A stretch of 32,000 nucleotides of DNA from Candidatus Saccharimonadota bacterium (GTDB taxonomy: Bacteria; Patescibacteriota; Gracilibacteria; BD1-5; UBA2023), in NCBI GenBank assembly GCA_046350815.1, contig JAXLZO010000001.1, forward strand, positions 1,230,001 to 1,262,000, read 5' to 3'. The position numbers were made by a program, and so were the translations under genes. How positions within the stretch are numbered: position 1 is the stretch's first letter; every line of letters starts with the position of its first letter. This document shows positions 21,067-29,709 of this stretch, one piece after another. The notes beneath the pieces were generated by a model, which was not told the DNA's origin, made no database searches, and worked only from the letters and a program-made list of their open reading frames with translations.

Positions 21067-23388
21067 TTAATAAGGATTAGTAAAAGATGAAGTCGTTGTC
21101 GGTGCGCCACCAGCACCTCATGCATCTCCCCTACTATGAACAACAATACAAAATCTTCCACTCGGTGCTCTAAATTCACCACGAAGACAGGTGTCTCGAA
21201 GTGGGGTTGGAGTTATTGTTGGACTTGATGGCGGCGTATCTGAAGAGGCTGCACTACAATGAACTCGCTCAACTGAATTTGTATTACCAACGCAATACCA
21301 TGACCAACTCCTATAATAGAGTTGATTATTTACTGTTCGAAAATCTTGCACAGTATTTCCTTCAGCACAATTACCAACTGATGTAGCCGTTGCCGACTGT
21401 CCAGAACCGATTTCTCATATTCGGTAACCACATGCAGCAGCAATAACAATACCGGTACAACTACTATTACACGAGCCAGCTATTCCATTTTGCAATCCAT
21501 CATCACACACCTCTGTTCATCCGACCGTACCATCTCAACATTGATGAGTGGCGGATATTTTGATATGAACCGAAGAATCACCTAGTTGAAGTGGAAAAGT
21601 TGTATTATCATCAGCAATCTGGTAACAATTTAAAGTATGTATAATTTCTTTTGGATCTGGATCGATAGGCCATGATAAGGCATAATAAGTACCTCATCAA
21701 TTCGATTGACCATTGCAAATAAGGCTATCATCAGCCACATCTGATGTCCATAAAACATATGCATGTATGGGATCTAATGAATTTAATTCAGATTTAGTAA
21801 GGCTCTTATTTATTATAGGAATAGAATCATTGGGAAGTTTCGTCCATGATAATTCAGCGGTTCATAATTCATCTCTTGGTTTAGATAAATTATACGCGAC
21901 AGAATCCCGAGCAAACTTCACAGCAACTTCAATAGTAGGAGGCAAAAATACATATATATTTTTGGTTACAGTATGCTCACCATTGTTGACATCAATACAT
22001 GTAAAAACATAGGACTTCATTTGACCAATCTTATAATGACGAATCGGATCATACGATCGCTGAATCCATTCTGGTTTAACGGTAAAATTTGGATACTTAT
22101 CTTGAGGTACAAATCAACCTGTTGCCGTATAAAAAATATGTGTATCTGATGAGCTATTACCAGTCGTTTCATTCAGAGTTGTTGTGCATGATTTCATACC
22201 ATTGGCCAACAGGCTCACTTGTATTGGCTGACCACTCATAATTTTATCTCATCCAGCTGAAGTTTGCATAGTTACAGAAAGCTGTGTCCTAATATATAAA
22301 CTCACATATGCTTGAGATGATACAGTTCTTGTCTCTGATCCTATTCTTTGAGTATGAAAACATTCAAGAATATAATCTCTTCTTTTATCAGGAGTAACTT
22401 GTTCCATTCATATAGGTTGTTTGGATCCACTCCATCAGCCACCCGATGCTTCGCACGTATCTGCATTCGATGCCATCCATACCAATGTTCGGCTCTCTCA
22501 GAGATCCATCTCCGTACTCGTCGTACTTCATGTCATACCGAAGAGTATCGTGGGAGTAGTCGGATGGATAACTTCTATTTGCGGCGTACTTCGAACAATA
22601 CTATCTCCTTGTAGCGACGTGCAAGAGAGAGTGAAGTAGGTACTACTACGAAGTGGACTACTCGAATACGTACCTCCCGTAGCACTCACTGCTCAAGATG
22701 TATAACTTCCACTTCCTGTGATTCATGAACATGATCTCAGATTTGCACCAGTCCATGTAAGTGCAACAGTCTGACCAGAGAATATCTGCGTTGCCGAGAC
22801 CTCAAATGTTAGGGAAGGTGGTCATGGGATCATCTCTACACGAATAGTCCGATCTCCGGTATTCGTCCCATCCAATCATACGCAGCTCATAGTATACGTT
22901 TGAGAGATGTTGGATGTTACGGAAGGTACAACGATACTCATACTGCTTCTAACACGTAGCAGACTGCCAGAATTTGCACCCAAAGAACTTACATCCCAAT
23001 CCACACGACACGACCGAACATACTGTGGATTCCACGTGATCGTAAAAGTCTCACCTCAGCGAACCACACGGCTCGGATCGTTATCAAGACGGTTGCCATC
23101 GTTATCATTCGCCTGAAGTGTCAGTGTCGGAGAAGGTGGGGTCACCAAATTTTCAAACTTCTCACAAGCAGGCGTTCCATCATTCGAAAATCCCATCACC
23201 ACTCCACCCGTCGCACCCATAAGAGAATCACATGAAGAGTTTAAAATCTTCTGAAACTGAGAAACAATGGGATTTCACTGAATATTTGATCCAGTTGGAT
23301 AAGAGATTATCGGTGTTGCAAAAATTGCATTTGAATAAATCAAACTTATAAGAACTATCAATACTGATAAGGATAAATATTTATGCAT
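21067..23388 (-). CDS. secreted multidomain protein: Ig-like two-Cys repeats, CGDG/CDDG cysteine-rich repeat and a Pro/Thr/Gly-rich tail (773 aa)
   Basis: One frame is open from ATG at 23386-23388 to TAA at 21067-21069 with 19 TGA read as Gly. The hand translation gave exactly 773 aa and hits track ORF 21118..21351 in register. The signal peptide is MHKYLSLSVLIVLISLIYSNAIFA. Confidence 0.8.
21553..23139 (-). repeat. five tandem, divergent Ig-like domain repeats of about 90-125 aa (protein level) in the 773-aa protein
   Basis: A recurring pattern is P-x-L/I-T-F/L ... T/L-W ... N-x-x-S/T-C ... Y-x-L/M-S/E-C ... V-x-V/I. Examples are TITWNPQYVRSC...YTMSC, ALTWTGANLRSC...YFTLSC and LVWMASNADTCEASGGGWSG...YILEC. 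Two further copies occur in the upstream gene (aa 100-170 and 241-318). Confidence 0.6.
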
Positions 23389-23409
23389 AAAATTAAATAT
23401 GATTTAAAG

Positions 23410-25503
23410 TTATTTATTAATATAGTTAGGAAAAACATATTTATCAAATTGAGAAAGTGAATTTAAATCATACGTGCTTTTAACATAACCAGAAGATGGT
23501 CAATAAACAATTCAATTTCGAAACGATCCATGTGTGCTTGTTCAAAATGCATAGCTTCATATAGAAACAATACCATTTCAAAGATTAATAGATTGCAGTT
23601 TGTTTTCATAAAAAGCTCAATTTCAAATGGACTCAACCCCATTTGGAATTACTACTCATGTTAAGGAATTATTTGAGAATGCGGATTCACCAATATAACG
23701 AATATTATTTCATAATGAAAGTGATTCAAGTCAATTTCCATAGAATGTATATTTTGGAATAGTATATATGTTATCTGGAATATTTAGTGAGGATATGTTA
23801 TTCGCCATAAATGCTCAATCAGACAAAGTAATACTAGGTCGGCTTAAGAGAACTTGATCAACTGATTTAATATTATTCAACTTAAATGCATATTGCCTTA
23901 TCGTTAAAGGCACCAATGAAGGACGTATAATTAATGAAATATTGAATGACGAAGAAAATGCTCTTTCGTCAATGAGTTGGACATTAGTTCAAATAGTTAC
24001 TCATGAAAAATAATTAGCTGCAAACGCTTTTGTTCCGATATATTTAACACTATCTGGAATTACCAAATCTCAACTCAAATGTGCACCACGGAATGCTTCT
24101 TTTCAAATCCATACAAGACTAGATGGAAGAATGATCGAGTCAAATCATAAAAGGTCAGAAAAAGCATCATCTCCAATAGAAACAATTGGATATCACTCAA
24201 CTAACGATGGGAATCTAAGTGTTATGGATGATGCTCCACATAATAAATTCCCATATTGATTTTGTGGCGCAGAATCAATATGTACACCAATTGTTGAAGA
24301 AGACTTATTGATCCAATAAGAACTCCGACCATCAGTAGGGGAAATGTAATCAACAAAGCTATACGTAAAACATCGTGGATCAATAAAACTACACTGACCA
24401 TCATTACAACTGACCGTAGCACCACCTTGAGCATCATTTTGACATGTCAATCATCCATTTTGAGGTGTTGGATTCGTACAGGTACGAGTTTTGGTGCAAC
24501 TCGTCTGACATGCACCAAAACTTGACCAACCACCAGGAATAGGTGGAGGTGTCACAGTCACTGAAACACTTTTTTGCATTTGGCGACCAGCATCATCGGA
24601 ACAAGTGATACGATAGGTGGAAGTTGTTGTTGGATTGATCAAAGCAGATCATGAGGCACTTCCATTGACCGCAAAGGCATCACTCGTCGTACAGCTCGTG
24701 AGATTTCCAGCTTGCCATGCAAGTGTGACTGGATCTCATGGGGCAATATTTGATGGTGTGGCAGTAAAGTTAATATACGGATCACTGGAGCCAGGACAGC
24801 TACCTGCGGACATCAATGAACTCGCCACAACGCATTTTGGTTTACCATTTGCCTCAAAACCAACAATCACCTCATTGCTCGAGCATTTTCCTATTTCTCA
24901 TCCAAGATTCGAGAGATAGTTACCAAAAATTCCTCATGTAGATTCGCCACCTGGATTCATTGTAGGCCATACAATACCACCACCAATTGCTCAGATAGAT
25001 GCTGTGTTCATTGTCTGAGATACGGTTGATCCATCTGTACCAGAACAAGAGAGAGTATAGGAGCTACCATTCGCAGGAACATCAATACTTCATCCAGTAG
25101 CAGTCGTTGAAATGCCAGAGATAGAACACTGCGTGGTATTCTCAGATGACCAAATCAAACGAATTTTGGATGATACAGGACTACTACCAAATGTAAAATC
25201 AAGTTTTGGGTAAGAGTTAGTAGCTGGACATAGACCAAAATTTGCTACAGATATGAGTGAGTTTGCATTCGCACATTCCTTTATGCCCGTTGCTTTGTTA
25301 ATAGCGACAAGTACTTTATTTCCATCACATCTCCCGAGAAGATTCTGAAAATATGTCTTGAGTACACCACCAGGCACCTCTCAAGTGGGTGGATGGTTGG
25401 GCCATGAAGTACTCGCGGTTGCTGCAAATGCAATAATACTCATCATAAGGACGACAAGAAAAACGGTACTTATTCTTCCTATTATCTGAAAAAAACGCTT
25501 CAT
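23410..25503 (-). CDS. secreted protein: Ig-like domains, thrombospondin-type-1-like repeat and C-terminal BspA-type leucine-rich repeats (697 aa)
   Basis: One frame is open from ATG at 25501-25503 to TAA at 23410-23412 with 25 TGA read as Gly. It stays in register with track ORFs 25090..25377, 24451..24642 and 24193..24450. The signal peptide is MKRFFQIIGRISTVFLVVLMMSIIAFA. Confidence 0.8.
23509..24198 (-). repeat. BspA-type (LRR_5-like) leucine-rich repeat array
   Basis: Units of the form I-P-x-S-V-x-x-I-G-x-x-A-F recur. Examples are VIPDSVKYIGTKAFAANYFSGVTIGTNVQLIDERAF, NIPDNIYTIPKYTFYGNGLESLSLGNNIRYIGESAF and [37 protein letters not shown]. Most of the conserved IG glycines are TGA codons. 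Confidence 0.7.
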
Positions 25504-25564
25504 ACAAATATGGAATATACGATCAATATGGAATCATTGTACTGAAGAAAAAAAATGAAACAAT

Positions 25565-25593
25565 AAAAATACGTGGATATCCACGTATTTTTT
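25565..25593 (-). terminator. intrinsic terminator after rpoC
   Basis: The sequence aaaaatacgtgg-atat-ccacgtattttt forms a 12-bp stem with a 4-nt loop, 19 nt after the rpoC TAG. Confidence 0.85.
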
Positions 25594-25611
25594 ATTGCTA
25601 TGGGAATAAGA

Positions 25612-28600
25612 CTAAAGGGAAATATATTCATCTTCACCTGCGTCATCAAATGCAGCAACTAATTCACCACTATCCAAATCATCATCACCTACCGATTCAA
25701 TCGCCATAGGACCGTCATAAACGGTTTCTGGAAGATAGTATGGAGTTTCCTCGAGATCTTCTTGACCAAAGTATTCACCGACATTTCGATTATTCTGAAA
25801 ATAATCAAGAGTTGGAATAAGTCGACCAATGATCACATTTTCTTTGAGACCTTCCAGTTTATCAATCTTTCGAGCTGTTGAAGCCTCAACCAACACACGA
25901 ACCGTTTCTTGGAACGATGCAGATGAGAGCCAACTTTCCGTAAAGAGAGAAATCTTCGTGAGACCAAGAAGAAGTCGAGTACCAATTGCCTGACGTTTCT
26001 CATCTTGCATGAGATTGTTGTTTTGTTTTTTGAACTCAATTACATCAACAATGTCACCAGGAAAGAATGTTGAATCACCAGCATTCGTAATCTTTACCTT
26101 TGAGAACATCTGACGAACAATGAGCTCAATATGCTTTGAATTTACCGTCTGACCCTGAGATGCATAGATCTCTTTGATGTCATTAACAATATAGAGTTCT
26201 GTCGAGAGAGGATCAGTAAGTTCCATGAGTCGCTGAAGGTTGATATGTCCTTCTGTCAGTTTGGATCCAACCTTTACGGATTCCCCTTCTTTCACAAGGA
26301 TAGAGCGAGATGCATCGATAGAATATTCGATCGTGCGAGGTGCCTCATCAACTATCACAATCGTATGCTTCGATACCTCTTGAATGATACCAGTATGCTC
26401 AGAGAGGAGTTTACCTTTATGTTCTGTAGATCGAGCAAGTGCTTGACGGGGGTCAATATGAGCTCATTTCTTCACAACAACTGAGTATGTATCATCAGGA
26501 ATATAATATTCATAACGATTCACTTCATCAGCCTTGATAGTCACAATAACAACCTGTCAATCATAGCGAAGTCCAACGACCTTTCCGGTCAACTCAGACA
26601 TAACCGCTTCACCCTTTGGTGCGCGTGCCTCAAGAAGTTCTTCTACACGAGTAAGACCCACCGTGATATCACCACCTTGTGTCGCAACTCAACCCGAATG
26701 GTATGTACGCATCGTGAGCTGTGTACCTGGCTCACCAATAGACTGAGCTGCAATAATACCTACTGGAGTACCCATGATCGCTCGAGCATTCGAAGAAAGA
26801 TCGAGACCATAACATTTTTGACATACACCCTCTGCCGTCTCACAAGTGAGAATCGATCGAACGTGTACCTCAGGGATCTCATGTTCGTTGAGTATAGCAA
26901 GAATTTCCTTCGTAACCAACTCCCCAGATGGAACAAGTACCTGTCCATGAAGCATAATATCACGAGCAACATGCTTTCCTTTGATTTTATCATCAAATGA
27001 TTCTCGGAACACAGATTTTGAGAGCTCTCGAGTTACTGTCTCATATTGGAGAGTTCCACAATCTTCTTCACGAATGAGAATATTTTGAGCAGCATCGACG
27101 AGACGACGTGTCAAATAACCAGATTGTGCTGTCTTGAGCGCCGTATCTGCCTTACCTTTACGACCGGAATGCGTATTGATAAAATACTCAAGCACTGAAA
27201 GACCTTCTTTATAGTTACCCTTAACTGGAAGCTCGATAGTTTTACCAGTTGGAGATGCTACCAATCATTTCATTCCACACATCTGAGCAACGTTACCCCA
27301 ATCTCAACGTGCACCAGAATCAATGAGATTGAAGATGGAGTTTTGTTGATTGAACGATGTTTTCATCTCAGCGGAAACCTGATTTTTTACGATATTCCAC
27401 ACCTTGATAGTCTGTTCATATCGTTCTTTGTCAGTCAGAAGACCATGCCAGTAAGCACGCTGAATAAGCTTGATTTTATCTTCCCCATGTCGTACAAGAT
27501 CATCTTTGTTTGCCGGAGTAAACATGTCAGATTTTGAGATTGAAAGACCAGAAACAGTTGCATATTTAAAGCCTGTATTCTTGATACGATCAGCAAAGAA
27601 TGCTGTCTCTTCGCCACCCTTAAGATCAAAAGATCGAGAGAGAAGTTTTTTAAGAGCTTTTTTATTGAGGGTCTCATTCACAAACCCAAGAATAGGATCA
27701 ACAACCTCATTGAACAAGACACGACCATATGTTGTCTCAAGAATCACACCTTCGATACGAATCTTGATAGGCATATGGAAGGTAATAACTCCGTTGTCAT
27801 ACGCCATGGTTGCATCTTCCTTGTTCGCAAAAACATGCTTTGCCTCCGTATCTTCATCCTTTCGAGTCAAATAGTAACACCCAAGTACCATATCCTGTGA
27901 AGGTGATACGATCGGTTCACCATTTGATGGATTGAGTATGTTCTTCGAAGTAACCATGAGTCGCGCTGCCTCCTCCTGTGCTTCATCAGTTATTGGTACA
28001 TGTACCGCCATCTGATCACCATCAAAATCGGCATTAAACGCACCACAACAAAGTGGATGAAGTTGAATTGCTTTTCCTTCGATGAGCCGTGGACGGAAAG
28101 CTTGAATACCAAGACGATGAAGTGTCGGAGCACGATTGAGAAGTACATGTTTACTTTTAATTACCTCATCAAGTGCATCCCACACCTCTCGTCCACCATC
28201 TTCGATAATTTTCTCGGCCATTTTCGGGGTAAATGCAACTTCATCTTCGATAAGTTTTCCGATAACAAAAGGCTTGAAGAGCGTGAGTGCCATAGATTTT
28301 GGCAATCCACATTCGTTCATCTTAAGTGTTGGACCTACGACGATTACTGAACGACCAGAGTAGTCAACTCGCTTACCGAGAAGGTTCTGGCGGAATCGAC
28401 CTTGTTTTCCCTTGAGAATATCTGCGAGGGATTTGAGCTTCTTACGATTTGCTGCAGTGTAACCTGGACGATTTGAGCGAACATCACCACTAATAAGTGT
28501 ATCAATAGACTCCTGAAGCATACGCTTCTCATTCTTGAGAATCACATCCGGAGCACCAAGTTGAGTTAGTTTTCTCAGACGATTGTTTCGATTGATAACG

Positions 28601-29688
28601 CGACGATAGAGATCATTGAGATCAGACGAAGCATATCGTCCACCATCAAGCTGAATCATTGGTCGAAGATCCGGCGGAAGAATTTGGAGTGCTTCAAGGA
28701 TAAACTGTCCTGGTTTTTGATCAGATTTAAAGAGAGAAGATGCAAGCTTCAATTTTTGAAGAATTTTCTTCTGACGAGATTTTGGAGCAGCCTTAAGTTC
28801 TGCTTGGTTTTCCGCTATGAAAGCACGAAGATCAATGCGATCAAGGAGAATCTTGATATACTCAGCACCCGTTCCACCCTTGAATACATGAGGGAACTTA
28901 TCATAGAGATGACGATAGTCCAATTCACCAATGACGACCGCTGGAGCGAGATCTTTAAGGAGTGTTTTAAGACCTTGATACTCTGCTTCAAGTACATCGA
29001 GTTGAGACATGAGACCAGCCTCAACTTCTGAGAACATCTTCTTTGTAATCGCTTTTTCCTCGAGTTTGAGTTTTGCCTCAGAGAGAGATGATTGGATTTT
29101 TCTCTGGAGCTCCGTCTTGTGAGTTTTATAGGCATTATCCAAATTTGAAAGAGCCTCATCACGCTTATCCTCATAAACATCAGTGATGATATAGCTCGCA
29201 AAATAGACAACTTGGTCGAGCTTCTTTGCAGAAACATCAAGAAGAAGGCCAATACGTGAAGGAACGGATTTGAGATACCAAATATGGACAACTGGAGCCG
29301 CAAGTTCAATATGACCAGTTCGTTGGCGTCGCACTTGTGATGTCGTAACCTCTACTCCACAACGCTCACAAATCACACCCTTATATCGAATACGCTTGTA
29401 TTTACCACAAGCACATTCGTAATTCTTGCGAGGACCAAAAATTTGTTCACAGAAGAGACCACCACGTTCAGGTCTTTGAGTACGATAGTTGATCGTCTCA
29501 GAGATGAGAACTTCACCATAGGAAAGGGAGCGAACTTCTTCTTTTGAAGAGAGCCCAATCGCAATACCCACAAGATTATCAAGAGTTTTACCTGCAGTAA
29601 TATCCTTCTTACCAGCATTTTTTCCAATCTGTGTATAATCGGTGATTTTATCATTGAGGAGATTCTCGAGAAGCTTATCAGAAAACAT
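25612..29688 (-). CDS. rpoC: DNA-directed RNA polymerase subunit beta-prime (1358 aa)
   Basis: Track ORFs 27304..29688, 26689..27264 and 25612..26358 share a frame. Recognisable blocks are the zinc-binding element [23 protein letters not shown], the catalytic [18 protein letters not shown]- (TGA at 27304), GMK-G-L (TGA at 27265) and YHSG-G-VA (TGA at 26689). It ends in TAG at 25612. Confidence 0.97.
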
Positions 29689-29709
29689 AGATTTTGAGAA
29701 ATGAGAAAA

